64,000 bases of DNA from Podarcis erhardii. Taxonomy: Eukaryota. The translations under genes and the position numbers were made by a program. The DNA lies in NCBI GenBank assembly GCA_964252035.1, contig OZ176200.1. The stretch is one strand, 5' to 3'. Below the pieces are notes generated by a model, which ran no database searches, was not told the DNA's origin, and worked only from the letters and a program-made list of their open reading frames with translations. Shown piece after piece: positions 41,461 to 53,347 of the stretch. Every line of letters begins with the position of its first letter. Positions within the stretch are counted from its first letter, which is position 1.

Positions 41461-42685
41461 ATGATCAGTCTCCCAAAGCAATATTTTAAAGCACGCATAA
41501 ACCCCTCTTTCAGCATTTCCATTCACAATGAACAATTATATATCTAAGTTCAAGTTCTGTGACCTAAAGCACTAAAAGAATGAAAGGGTGGGGGGGAATT
41601 CTTCAGTACACTGTTATCAATAAATAAACTTTTGAAATTAATCATGTGATCATAAAAACAAGCAATAGAACATAAATATAACCTCAGTATTAATGCAAGG
41701 CACAGAATATATTCTGAGCCAACATGCACTAGAAAATATTAGGAATAAAGCTCTCATGCTGAATTGCTACCATCAGAAAGAACTTGGAGAAAAGTTCCTT
41801 GATGTATCAGATATACTGATGGTGGGGGCCATGTATTCCATCCTCTGCTATGTTTATATGGATGGTACCTGAAGCCAATGCTTATTACCAATGGTAAATA
41901 CCATATTGTGTGTCACATAACTGACACACATCCCACACTTTCTCCAATACAGCTGGTTACTGATGTATAAATCTCTTTTGTCTGGGGGTAAGGAATGATG
42001 ACTGGGCACCAAGTTTGTATAGTAATCACATCTTGTTTCAAATATCACACATTAATAAAGCTTTTTCATAATAATGCAACAGACACAACTCATTAGCAAA
42101 TCTAACACCCAAAGTCCTATTGCATTTTTGCTGAGATCTGGTCCAAACCGTCCACAAATAGCACTTGTTTTTCAGCAAGGACAGAGGAGTGCTAAAAAAT
42201 GCCTGATTTCAAGGAATACTTCATTCTCTTAATAACAAAAAGCTGTCTGGCAAAGAAAATTCAGAACTTCTCTGAAAGTCCAGCGAAAATTCACCTATAT
42301 TGTGGTTTTCTAAAATGGTATTTTTGACATGAGTTATCTATAGGTATGTATCCTTGTCTAGGATACAAACGCTTACAGTAAGAATCCACATGCAGTGCAC
42401 TTGTCAAAGAGAAGGTGGAAAGGGCAAAGATGTTCTTAACATGTCTCCTGATGTGGTACAAAGTAATGCCCAATTTCTTGCATAAATACCAGCACTGGAA
42501 AGATTTCCCCGATAAAGAGCTAATGACAAATACAACAAAAAGCAGATTTATCAGAGGTTAGAAATCTGGGATTAATTTTCACTGTCTAAACCTTGCAACT
42601 GTCACATGGAAAACAAACTTACGAATGTATTTCATCCCATCAAGTCCCCCAGATGAAATATATTCCTAAAGATGCAATGCAGGGA

Positions 42686-42687
<2 letters not shown>

Positions 42688-42719
<32 letters not shown>
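42688..42719. repeat. (CA)n microsatellite
   Basis: Direct reading. Confidence 0.95.
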
Positions 42720-42721
<2 letters not shown>

Positions 42722-43552
42722 TAAAGCCTGAACCACAAACATTAAAGCGCAAAAGGAGCAGACTAACTGTTTGAAGTTTTATTCTTAAAATATACATCTA
42801 TATCATAGGGAAAATATCAGATACAGCCTTATGTTAAGCAACTCAAAACCAAAAGTGTAAGGAGGATCTGCTGACTCTCTTTTTTCTTAAAAATTTCTTT
42901 CTGGGAGTGACAACAGAAGTCCATTTTTATTTTTATTTTGCAGATGAGGAGGGGGAGTCAATTCAAAGCAGCTTCCCCAACTCAAACCTAACTCCCCCCC
43001 CCCCCCTGAAGCATCATCATGACAAGTGGCTGCTTGATAGATGTTCCCCTTGATAAACGACTTGTTCAAAAGAGACACAGTAGCTTTCATTTCCTGACCA
43101 CAACACACTTTTAATTTGCAACAGCAGAACTGCTGGAGTGTGACTCAGTCCTACTCTCCAGCTTTTCAGGGTTCTGCTCCTGACAGGCCACATCACTGGG
43201 CAAAACAATAACTAGGTGCATCCACTAACAACAATCAATGCATCCTGTTTTTTCTTTTGATACACACACACACACACACACAAACATTCAGTTGCAGAAC
43301 TGATTACATTGGTGCTCTCACACACTCTCATCCTCTTCACCCCTCCCCGAAAACTCGGCCGCTTTCAAAATCACTCTGCTGGTCAAGATATTCTACTAGG
43401 AAATTGAGAAGTAGAGGTGGGGGTGGAGAGAAGGAGAAGAGGGCAGACCCAGAGGGGTTGGGGGGAGAGAATAAAGTGCACAAGTGCCATACAATATACA
43501 AAGCAATGTCACCCAACCATGATTACTGTGTATTACTACTATTAGAATTATT

Positions 43553-43573
43553 ATCATCATCATCATCATCATC
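43553..43573. repeat. (CAT)n microsatellite
   Basis: Direct reading. Confidence 0.9.
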
Positions 43574-44975
43574 CAGGAATTGCATTTAAACAGTGGCCAC
43601 CATCCACCCCATCCAATTTCAGCCCTCAGCACACTATCCAATTCCCGATTTAAAATTTATAAATGTAATATCCTCATCACAAGCAGCAGGTCCAATCCGC
43701 TGTGAATATATATTACAGCTTTAACATCACAGAGGGAAATCTCCCATCTGGCAATCACATTCGCTCCAACAGCTCTAGGAAATAAAAGCGGGGGGGGGGG
43801 GGCAGGGAGAGAAGAGAAAGAGAAAGCAGCCGTGTCTTCCTGCTCTCTCCCCCCTCCCCCTTAAAAACATGTCTCAGGGCAAATTATGTGCATCTAAAAT
43901 AAACAGTTGCTGTATTGATCGCCTTAAAGTCAACAAGTTCCAAATGCAAAATAAATAAATAATAATAATCAGATAATCATCCCTATTGTAACAGCGGCTC
44001 AGGGTTACTTTGGAGAGATATAGGCACCTACTAGCATCAGCCTAGGAGTGGACATTTGGCACTCAAGCTTTGCTTTGGATTCAGGTTTGTTAGGAAAGAT
44101 CAGTGGTCACGTACTTAAGCTGACCATGAGGTTTTGCTCTGTCCTTATTTGCTTCTCCCACAGACTAGTAAAAGTGAGACAATTCGCTGTCCTTCTGTCA
44201 CCCCACAAATTCCTAATTTTTGCATTTGTGCGCAAAACAAAATCTGCTGTTATACTTTCTCTAAGCTTCTGTAACTGGACTTTTGTAAACTGCAATATAT
44301 TGAAATCCTCCCTGCCCCATTTCATCAGATCCCTCCAGGCCTATTTTTTTAAAGGTGTTTTCCAGAATGTGGCCTCTTACAATCATTTAAAAGTATGTTG
44401 CAATGACAAGCAGCTATATGGAAAAAAGGACAGAAAATACACAGGTCGTTATTAAAACTGGAGGAGGGAGGCGGAAGAATTGGTTATTGTGCACCTATGA
44501 ATCATCTTATTTTCCTATCCTGATCTAAAACCTACAAAAAAGTAGAGGGAGGAAAGATATAACGGTAGTATAGAGTAAGAAACAATAACTATTACTTTAA
44601 AATTTAAAAGGAAACATTTGCTGTGAGTGTAGGCATAGATATGTTCAGGGTTTCCCCCTCCCCTTTTTACAGTTACTAATTTACATAGTATTTGAGTGTA
44701 CACAGTTCACTTTTGGTAACATGCAACTTTAGCATTGCAACTGAGAACAAAAGTAACACTACAATCAAAGCAGCAATCAGAAACAAAATGATAACACACA
44801 AAAACTGCTTATTTACACACTTGAAGCTTTACCATTAACATCATTTATCTCTAGCCATATCCACATGCAAAGTCCTCAGATATTTTTTTTCATCATGCGC
44901 TTTTAAAATTTATCTAGATGCAAAGAAAGAGAGAAAGAAAGAAATAGAAAGACATAGATCCAAAAGCAGACATAC

Positions 44976-45000
44976 CATAAACACTGGTGCTACTGATCAT
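44976..45000 (-). CDS. FIGN: Fidgetin, first coding segment (exon 2, 25 nt, MISSTSVY + first base of Gly), phase-1 donor
   Basis: Reverse complement reads gcaagaa-ATG ATC AGT AGC ACC AGT GTT TAT G|gtatgt. MISSTSVYG is the recalled N-terminus of vertebrate fidgetin (MISSTSVYGLKMQW...). The 25-nt coding microexon followed by a huge intron matches the FIGN structure as I recall it. Canonical GT donor at 44975-44974. Confidence 0.95.
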
Positions 45001-45145
45001 TTCTTGCTGGCAGCACAAAAAAGCTGAANNNNNNNNNNNNNNNNNNNNNNNNNNNNNNNNNNNNNNNNNNNNNNNNNNNNNNNNNNNNNNNNNNNNNNNN
45101 NNNNNNNNNNNNNNNNNNNNNNNNNNNNNNNNNNNNNNNNNNNNN
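44976..45145 (-). other. FIGN: FIGN exon 2 (mostly 5'UTR); 5' boundary hidden in the N run 45029-45245
   Basis: 3' end is fixed by the donor at 44975. Visible UTR is ttcagcttttttgtgctgccagcaagaa. The upstream boundary (~45145) is only inferred from the ~170-nt mammalian exon as I recall it and cannot be seen. Confidence 0.6.
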
Positions 45146-46243
45146 NNNNNNNNNNNNNNNNNNNNNNNNNNNNNNNNNNNNNNNNNNNNNNNNNNNNNNN
45201 NNNNNNNNNNNNNNNNNNNNNNNNNNNNNNNNNNNNNNNNNNNNNAAGGGGGGGGGGAGAGCACATGANNNNNNNNNNNNNNNNNNNNNNNNNNNNNNNN
45301 NNNNNNNNNNNNNNNNNNNNNNNNNNNNNNNNNNNNNNNNNNNNNNNNNNNNNNNNNNNNNNNNNNNNNNNNNNNNNNNNNNNNNNNNNNNNNNNNNNNN
45401 CAATACGCCCACCGTGCTGTCCCCCCTCCCTCCACGATGATGTGCTTACATTTTACTGCATCAGCTTCTCTTGACATATTCACGCCCCCCCACCCTGAAC
45501 TAAAACACGGCAATTTAACCCTAACTTTCCCCTTCCGCCGATCCTCATTCGCACTAATTTGCTTAAAAGTTCGTTCCCCCAATACACCTAAGTCGCATCT
45601 TATCCGCGCGTTGCTGCTTGGAGTCCAATTTGAAAAAATAAGAGACCCACTTAAGCGAAAGTGGATTTGGCGGCGGGGTGGGGTGGAGGGGGAAGCTCTA
45701 AATCTCGCAATCGCGAACTCTTGGGCTCCTGACTATTGTTAGCAACGATCAAGGAAGGGGGGGAACCATCCACCGCGATGCTATCTCTTTACTTTCCACG
45801 CTGCGCTTAGATGAGAAAAACGGAACGGGGGGAAAAAAGAGAAAAGAATAAACCAGTCTGGAGCATGTCCTATATTTAAATATAGATTTAAAGCATTATG
45901 GCTTAGATTTAATATTTAAAAGGCACACGCACAAAATTTAAAGCGCCCGTAGCCGCCTGGGATATATTTAAAATTATATAAAATTTTAAACAGAGCGGGC
46001 GGGGGGGGGGGGGAGGATGAAGAGAGACGAACGGCGATGGGAGATCTTACCTGGAGGTTTGGTAGAGAAGCCCGGTAGGTTAGAGCAGCATCGATCCTAT
46101 CTGTTCGCTGANNNNNNNNNNNNNNNNNNNNNNNNNNNNNNNNNNNNNNNNNNNNNNNNNNNNNNNNNNNNNNNNNNNNNNNNNNNNNNNNNNNNNNNNN
46201 NNNNNNNNNNNNNNNNNNNNNNNNNNNNNNNNNNNNNNNNNNN
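45029..46243. other. Three N runs in FIGN 5' region (45029-45245, 45269-45400, 46112-46243)
   Basis: Lengths 217, 132 and 132 bp. Confidence 0.98.
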
Positions 46244-46330
46244 ATGCCAGCAGCTGAACGCCTGCGCAGAGCGCCGCCGAGCCAAATTCAAATCACTTTC
46301 ACACTCGGAGCCAAAGATCAGTTTTCAAAA
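46051..46330 (-). other. FIGN: FIGN non-coding exon 1 (5'UTR); 5' end approximate
   Basis: Consensus donor CAG|GTAAGA on the minus strand (exon ends 46051), ~0.9 kb upstream of exon 2, inside the CpG island. The middle is masked by N run 46112-46243. TSS not determinable. Confidence 0.65.
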
Positions 46331-46462
46331 AAGAGAGAGAGAGAGGAGAAGAAGGTGTGGGGGGGGGATATCGGGAGGGAGGGAGAGAGAGAGAGAGAGA
46401 GAGACGCACCAGATTCATGGGCAAGAAGAGGAGGAGAGGAAGCTCAATGGCCGCGCGCTACT

Positions 46463-46492
46463 GCCGCCGCCGCCGCCGCACCACCACCACCA
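46463..46492. repeat. (CCG)5-(CAC)4 compound trinucleotide repeat in promoter
   Basis: gccgccgccgccgccgc accaccaccacca. Confidence 0.9.
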
Positions 46493-47866
46493 GGCCCCTG
46501 GCTGCACAGGTCAGGTTACATGGTAGGGGCTGTCGCTTGCAAGGAAGCCTGCAAACACTGCCTGGAGGTGGCCGGGAGGTCATGGCAGAGCAGCCAGGAA
46601 GCTCTCCCGCCCCTCCCGCGGCCGCCAAAAGGCGAATCGGGAACTTGGGGAGTTGGGATCCCCGCTCCCAACCTCGCCTCCGCCTCCTGCAGCAAGAGAA
46701 ACACTTCTCCCAGCTCGGGCACTTTCCCTGCAGCCGGGAAAGCGCCATAGCCCGTCCCATCCCCCCAACCCCCCCACAGCAGCGGCGGCGAACGTCTCTG
46801 CCTCCCCCCCCACCCCACCGCCCGGTCCCCACCTCGCAATAAGCAACAGCGGCGGCGGCGCCTCCAGCTCCAGGCCCTACCGCAGCTCAGTGGCAGTAAT
46901 GCCTCTGTGCAGCCCGCTCGCCGTCGACTCAGCTCCCTAGACTTTGGGATGCTGCGCGGCGGCAACAGCCGAGAGCGGTGGAAGCAAGAGAAAGACCGGG
47001 AAAGGGGGGGGGGCGATCCTGCTCTGTGTGCTTGCTCGCGGGTAAAGAGTAAAGTCGCACTGTATGCTTATGGAGCTTTCCGCACCCCCCGGGTAAGAAA
47101 CTGTGTGCGGCAAAGGGGATAGCAGCCTGAATGATGCAGGATAGCAGCAGCATGGGGGGGGGGAGCGAAAAACGACCAGAGACATTAGACTTTCCCCCCT
47201 AACAGTTGCATTTTATTCCCGCTGTCTCCACTTGGAAGTTCCTTTGCGTGCAGGATCCCCTGCTCTCACTTGCTCCAAATGACGTTTCACGGCACCGTCC
47301 TGCACAAGTTCTTTCCTCACAAAGAAATTTTCCGCTGGGTTGAAGAGAGTGTTCACTGAGCAAATAAAGCCGCACTTCTTTCGGAATAGGACCCAGTGAA
47401 TTCAGTCGGGGCTTTATTTCTTAGTAAATCTCTGCAGTGGATACAGATGTAATATCCCATTAAACTCTTCAGAGTGTTTCTGTTTACTGTACTAGGCTAG
47501 TGCTGTGGGGCTGCAATCTTAGGTATGCTTTCTTGGAAGTTCTACTGAATTGCTCTCTGTTTAAAAGGACTTCCCTGTGGATTCAAACTGGCAGCACCAT
47601 CTGAGGTGAGGTGCTGAGTACACCAGGAATCTCCCACAGGATACATGGGAGTGGGAAGACAAAATATACCAAGGCTGCAATCCTAAATTGCCAAGGACCA
47701 AGTCCTGTTGAAATACTTGAATTAGTTCTGAGTAAAAATACTTTGAGGTGTGATGTCATTAAACAGGCTTGCTTGGAAGTGAGTCCAGTTTGCATTGTGA
47801 TAGTTGTAAACATGCAAAGGGTTTGGCTGTACCTCTTGTGATCCTCTGTGTTATCATTTGCAAGTG

Positions 47867-47905
47867 TCAGTTTCTTCACCTGTAAAATGGGCATAGTTAA
47901 TACTA
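47867..47905 (+). mobile_element. MIR/CORE SINE core remnant
   Basis: tcagtttcttcacctgtaaaatggg matches the CORE-SINE core motif. Confidence 0.5.
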
Positions 47906-49941
47906 ATTTTTAGTATAATCTCCAAGAGTTAATCTGAGCCCAGACTGAACAGAGATAAGTTTCTGGAATCAATTTTTATACAGCAAGTCCCATCTCTCCT
48001 TTATCTCCTATTAGTGAAATACCCCATAATTTGAGCTGTGAAAGTTGATTAGAAAGAATCTAGCCATCAGAGTGGCTCCTTGCAAATCCCTTGCTACTTA
48101 CAGCTCAGGGAACATGCCCAGCAGCTTCAGGGATTAAGTGTTTAGGATCAGATGGCCACGGCACCTTCTTAAGAGGTATGGATGGGTGCGTGCTGGTGCT
48201 TTGATATTAAACAATACATGTTTGCTTATGATTTGATATCTCTTTACAACTGAATGATTCAGAGTTGATTATGTGAACTACCTCCATTGACTTTTACTGC
48301 ATTTGCAGTGATGTGATATGATAGTTCTGTTTGTGTTGTTACAAGTGCCTTTGTTGTACCTCACATAAATAATCACTTGCCTGTTTGTTAGTTATTTTGT
48401 TAGTTTAATTGTTGTGTGAGGAACATGCACAGACAAATCCAAACCTTAGAGATAGAACCTTTTTGATGGAATCCATTCTCAAATGCTTTGCTGCAGGGAC
48501 CCACCAATGGTCTTTTGTCTTTGAGCAAAATCCACTTGTCACTTTCAGTGCCTTAATCAGAAGCTACATCTCTCAATCTGCGACACCCCCCTCCCCACTT
48601 TAAAGGCAAGCTGGTGTTCATCTCGGGCTTTTCATACCCTTCCCTACCTTATTATGTTGGATGCAATGAATACTTTCTCACAGTCCATTTTGGGAGGGAA
48701 GAGTTACGTTGCCACATTGCATATGCAAGTTAAAAGCCCAGACAGAGGATCTAACACAGGGAGTGGCATTTTATCCCATGTTTCCCTTTTATCATTTATA
48801 TTCTGCACTAGTACCTTGAGACTCACCTCTGTGTACACAGAAAATAAGCCCCAGTGATTTCTATAGAGCCTCCTCCCCAGGAACTGGGCATACGATGGTA
48901 AACTTTTGGATTTCCTTCAGGTTAACGCCAGTGTACTTGCAAAGCAGCCAGAAGGCGAGAAGGTAGAGCAACTCAAACAACTCCTTAATGTGTATTCAAG
49001 TGCCAGAAGACTCAATGGGACATTTTGCATGCCAGAACGGCAAATTCCCAGCTCTATGAAAAGGACTGTCATAGAAAGTAGCGTGGAATAGTCTTCTGTC
49101 CAGTATAAAAATAAACATCCCATGGAGCTTGTCTTTGTGCTGCTAGAGGTAGTTAACAGTGCAGTCCTAAACATATCTCCTGAGAGGTATATCCCACTGA
49201 GTTCAGCAGGACTTCATCTCACCCATGTGAGTACGGAATTGCAGCCTTAATGTGGGACTTGTCAATCCATTATGTCTTACTCATGTGCATATAATTGTTC
49301 ACATTGCTCCAATTTTATGTGTATGGGGTTGTTGTTTTCTCCTGCAGGATTGCCAAGCTCTTTCTTTAACTACACTTCTCCAACCATATAGCCCAAGCAT
49401 GTGCATGTTTGCTCAGATAAAAGTCTAAATTTAACTCAGATGAAAGTCCAAGTACCATGCACACTTACCGGCAGCTGTGTCCCAATATACATTAGTGTAT
49501 ATTATTAACTTGCATGTCCATCAGTTAACTATAGTTTTCAGTTAGGTGCAATTTATATTCATATGCTTCCTTTCACAAGCCTCTCCTTCCCTTGCATGCT
49601 ATATATAATACACAAATAATACACAGTCCATGTTGGTCCCTTCCAGAGTAGATCCTATTAGATTATTAAATTATTTCTCATAATATATGTAACCTTTTAC
49701 AGCTTTAAATCTGTATGGAAATATGTGCAATGTTTGGGTTTGTAATCCTTCCTGGGACCTTGTGGTAAAGGATGAGTAAGAAATCAAATAAGTAAATAAA
49801 TCGTTCTCTGCATTAGGAGAAACAATTCCTGCATGCTCATAGTGGGAAAGGGATATTTCCTTCTGATATCAGCCCGTCATGCCTTGTGGGTTGCCTAACC
49901 TTGAGCCTCCACGCTGCACACATTTCCATATAGATTTAAAT

Positions 49942-50029
49942 TGCCCTCCAGACACTTTGGATTACAACTCAGCTGCAGCCATGGGAGTTGTAGTCCAAGA
50001 AACTGGAAGGCACCAGGTTGGAGAAGACT
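49942..50029. mobile_element. Decayed hAT MITE (same family as 36169, 51063, 52041, 59280)
   Basis: tgccctccaga...ggattacaactc...gggagttgtagtcc...ggaaggcaccaggttggagaag palindromic core. Confidence 0.55.
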
Positions 50030-50403
50030 TTCCCACATCCTTACCTTGTCTTAGGGAAGCCTGATTTTCCTCTATGGAGAAAATAGCTCCAGAGATGTTG
50101 ATATCTTCTTCTTGCCAAGCAAGAAGGCCAAGCAAGCACCTGCTGCTTTTCTTGTACATCCTCCCCAAATGAATGATCAGTGCTGTCAGCTCTGATGGCA
50201 CTGGTTGTGTATTTGTGGAAGGGCCACGGGTAAGAAAGGGTGGGGGAAGAGAACATCAGATCTGAATTTGACACCTGTACTAATGGCCAGGGACAGCCTA
50301 CAAGCTTCAGGGGTCAGCACTCTCTCTATATGCGTCTCTCCCCTATTACCATTCAAGAATCCTTCTCCTATGACCTTTATTGCATGAAGTGAACATGGCA
50401 TCA

Positions 50404-50790
50404 ACAGGAAGCAAGGCATTTGTTGCTGTAGCTCCAAGGCTGTGGGATAATATCCCACAATGTTTGGTTGAATTCATCCCTGCTAGCCATTAGGGGGCCG
50501 GTGACCAGACAGGCAGCCCTTTTGGTCATGGCACTCCATCTGTAGAATGCTCTTTGCAGAGAGGTTTACTTGGAGGCCTCTTTGATGTTTTGTTTTGGCA
50601 CCACGTAAAGGCTTAAAAAAAAAATTGTGCAGGCATTTCAGCATATAGCGTAAGTTCCCTTGACTGTGTTTTTATCCGTTCTTTTGAATTTAATGGCTTT
50701 GTTTTGTTTTAATGGCCACTTATTTTATTTTCTTTTATCACACTGGGAGTTTTTAGTGAAGGACTGAATAGAAATCTTCTAAATAAATAA
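50404..50790 (+). mobile_element. L2 LINE 3' end remnant
   Basis: Degenerate agggcattt...gtggcactccatctgtggaatgctct-like L2 3' motifs ending in an aaataaataaat tail. Confidence 0.55.
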
Positions 50791-51062
50791 ATGAAACATA
50801 TCTGTTTGGAAAGACCTTTGGTCAGTAAACAAATATTGTATGCCTATCTGATATAATCTGCTGAGTTCAATGTCCTGTGCTTTTAATTTTAGTGTTGCCA
50901 TTTTTACATGAGGATGTTGTTTTATTTTATTATAGATTATTGTTGCGAGCTGCCTCAAACTTGTAGAATTCGGACACAAATGCTATAAACAAATAAAGAC
51001 ATTTCCACAGGAACATAAGAAGCTGTCTTATTGCTCAGTGAAGCTCGGTATTGTCTCTAACA

Positions 51063-51193
51063 CAGAGATAACCTGTGGCATTCAGTATGGTGCTGGACTG
51101 CAGCTCCCATCATCCCTGATCAATGGACATTCTGACTGGAGGACTGAGAACTGGAATCCAACAACATCTGGAGGGCCACAGGTTCCAATCCTT
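51063..51193. mobile_element. hAT MITE within an older CR1-tailed SINE remnant (~51011-51335)
   Basis: aacctgtggc...ctcccatcatccctga...caacatctggagggccacaggtt inverted arms. Confidence 0.6.
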
Positions 51194-51344
51194 TTATTTA
51201 TTTGTAGATAGATGGATTGAATTTATATACCACCCTAAACCCACAGGTATATCCTTGACTCTGACCGCCCAGGGTTTCATACAGGGGTCTTTTCTAGCCC
51301 TGTCTGGAGATGCTGAGAGACCACTCTGCTACTGTCACATAGAT

Positions 51345-51932
51345 TGTCAGGGCTGGAATCAGACACAGGTCAGCAATAAAATAAGTAGATATCAGTTATC
51401 ATTTAACTCTTTCTGCAAGGAAACGGACATGCAACTTGGCCTTGTGGTCTCAGCAACATGGCCCAGTAGGTCTTGCCCCTATGAAGCAGTTGCCAGGACT
51501 GAAGGTCCCTTCCTTTCACCCTTTCTAAAGCTCCTTCTCTCCTGGATGGTTCCCAAGCAGTCTCAAACTGTGTCTGCGCACCTCTGATATCTGTTCTGAT
51601 CTTCTCATTACTTTGCAAGTTCTCGGAGACCAGGGAGGAGGGGAGCTTGCAACAGCAGGAGAGGGAGACTCCCTGGATTCTTCAGCAATCTCTTGAAGCC
51701 TCTCCTCCTCTGCTTTGGCCTCGGAGTCTGAACTGCTTTTCACAGGCTCGTCCTGCTCACTAAACCCTGTTGCCCCTTCAGCATCCAGCACCACCTTCCA
51801 ATCTTTTCTCTCTGACCTCTCCTTGGTGTCCTACCACAAATCCCCTGGCTCTGAACCTTCTCCGAGGTTTCCATTGGAGGCTCCCCAGTTGGGGCCTCCC
51901 ACCACACCTCTTTGTCCAGTCAGTCCCTGATA
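51345..51932 (-). mobile_element. Solo LTR (Gypsy-like), 588 bp
   Basis: Termini TGTCAGGG...CCCTGATA (from CCCTGACA). 5-bp TSD tagat / tacat. Contains an acidic/Ser-Pro-rich 89-aa minus-strand ORF (51525-51794). Orientation and superfamily are inferred. Confidence 0.7.
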
Positions 51933-52040
51933 TACATCTATGTTGTCAGTACTGAAAGGAAGAAGAATAAGAAGAATTTTATCATTTGTACACCGCCCAT
52001 CTCACTGGGTTGTCCCAGCCACTCTAATAATGCATTAGAT

Positions 52041-52116
52041 CAGCCTTCACAGTGTCCAGCCAGCATGGGGAGTTGGAGTACCAAACATCTGGAGAGCACC
52101 AGCTTGGCAAAGGCTG
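52041..52116. mobile_element. Internally deleted hAT MITE
   Basis: Ends cagcctt / aaggctg. Flanks cattagat / tgttaggt (central TA, differences all transitions). Confidence 0.6.
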
Positions 52117-53299
52117 TGTTAGGTGTTTCACATAGGGATGCTCAAGCACTAAAGCTGGCTCTCTTCTTCCCCAGCACTATTGTTTGTATGCAGAAGAACC
52201 AATCCACAAACAGTAAATGGTTTCAATTTATAACAGCTGGCTCACTTAGTTGTTCCAAGATGGGACTAGAGATTTAAATTTCTCCAAAGACCATTCAGAT
52301 CATTCTAATAGGGCAAGTGCTGCATAAACTATATTCTTAGATAAAATTAATTATGGAACAAAGTTCCATATTTCCCTTGCCTCCTGTGCCACTACCTCCT
52401 GGCATGTGTGCCATTTGTAAAAAAGAAGAAGAAGAAGAAGAATTCCTGTTCATGTAAAATAAACCCTTTGTACGTGCACACATCCACACATTCTGTTTTT
52501 CTTGCTATATAAAGAGATGTCACCATAACCTGTGGACATTTTGACAGCTCTATGAGAGCTAGTGCAGTGTGTTGGAGGAATGAGCTGTGAGATGAATCAG
52601 TTTGGATCTCACCTCAACCATGCACTTGGGGAACCTTAGGTGAACCTGTTAGCATCAGCCCTCAGCACCAAAGTAATTTGAGGTCTACTATATTGGCCTA
52701 CTATAAAGATTTGTTGCAAGGCTCACAGCCTATGTGCTTTTACTTGGAAGTTAGGCCCAGTGCCAAGCAAGAATACAATTCTAGGCATGTCTGCTGATTG
52801 CGTTCCAAGTATGGATGAGACACTAGTCCTGCTGATGTTATGTATTTTGCCCCAGAGTGCTTAAATCACCACTAACATCAGCATGAAAGGAGGGTAGCTC
52901 CATCAGGTCCCCTTCTGTGAGGATTGCAACTACCATGACGATGGCTGTCTGAGAGAAGAACTGTGTGGTGGGAGCAACCCTGTTCTTCTGGCCAAGACAT
53001 TGTCACCTGCTCTGTTCCTAGATCTGGTGTTGGATGGAGAGTACTTCCAGGGAGGAACTGGTTTTTATCAAGGACAAGAGAGACAGAACTTATATCAGGA
53101 AGCGTTGTTTATATCAGCCAGCCAGAAATCTGTATAGACACATCTGCATTAGAAGAATGGTCACTTCAAGAACTTGAGTTTGAGCTTGATTCTGCCTCCT
53201 CTCTCACATTCCCTTTTCCTTATGTAAGCTGCTCTGGGAGGGTTTTGACTAAAGTATACATTAATTTTATCATTTCTGCTTCATAAATTATAAAAGAGT

Positions 53300-53347
<48 letters not shown>

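Larger units (their letters stand above)
1..44975 (-). other. FIGN: FIGN intron 2 (continues beyond window start)
   Basis: Starts at GT donor 44975. No sequence encoding LKMQWTPEHAQW or the AAA domain is seen in 1-44975, so the large coding exon is outside the window. Confidence 0.85.
45400..47400. promoter_or_regulatory. FIGN: CpG island / FIGN promoter
   Basis: Abrupt rise in GC and CpG (ccgccgccg, cgcgcg, ggcggcggcg) against an AT-rich, CpG-poor background. Overlaps exons 1-2. Contains (GA)n tracts at ~46331-46402. Confidence 0.9.

Noticed and set aside
46244-47185. Many overlapping 70-170-aa ORFs on both strands in the CpG island
   Set aside because: Expected from stop-codon scarcity in GC-rich DNA; low-complexity Pro/Arg/Gly/Ala translations with no homology I recognise.
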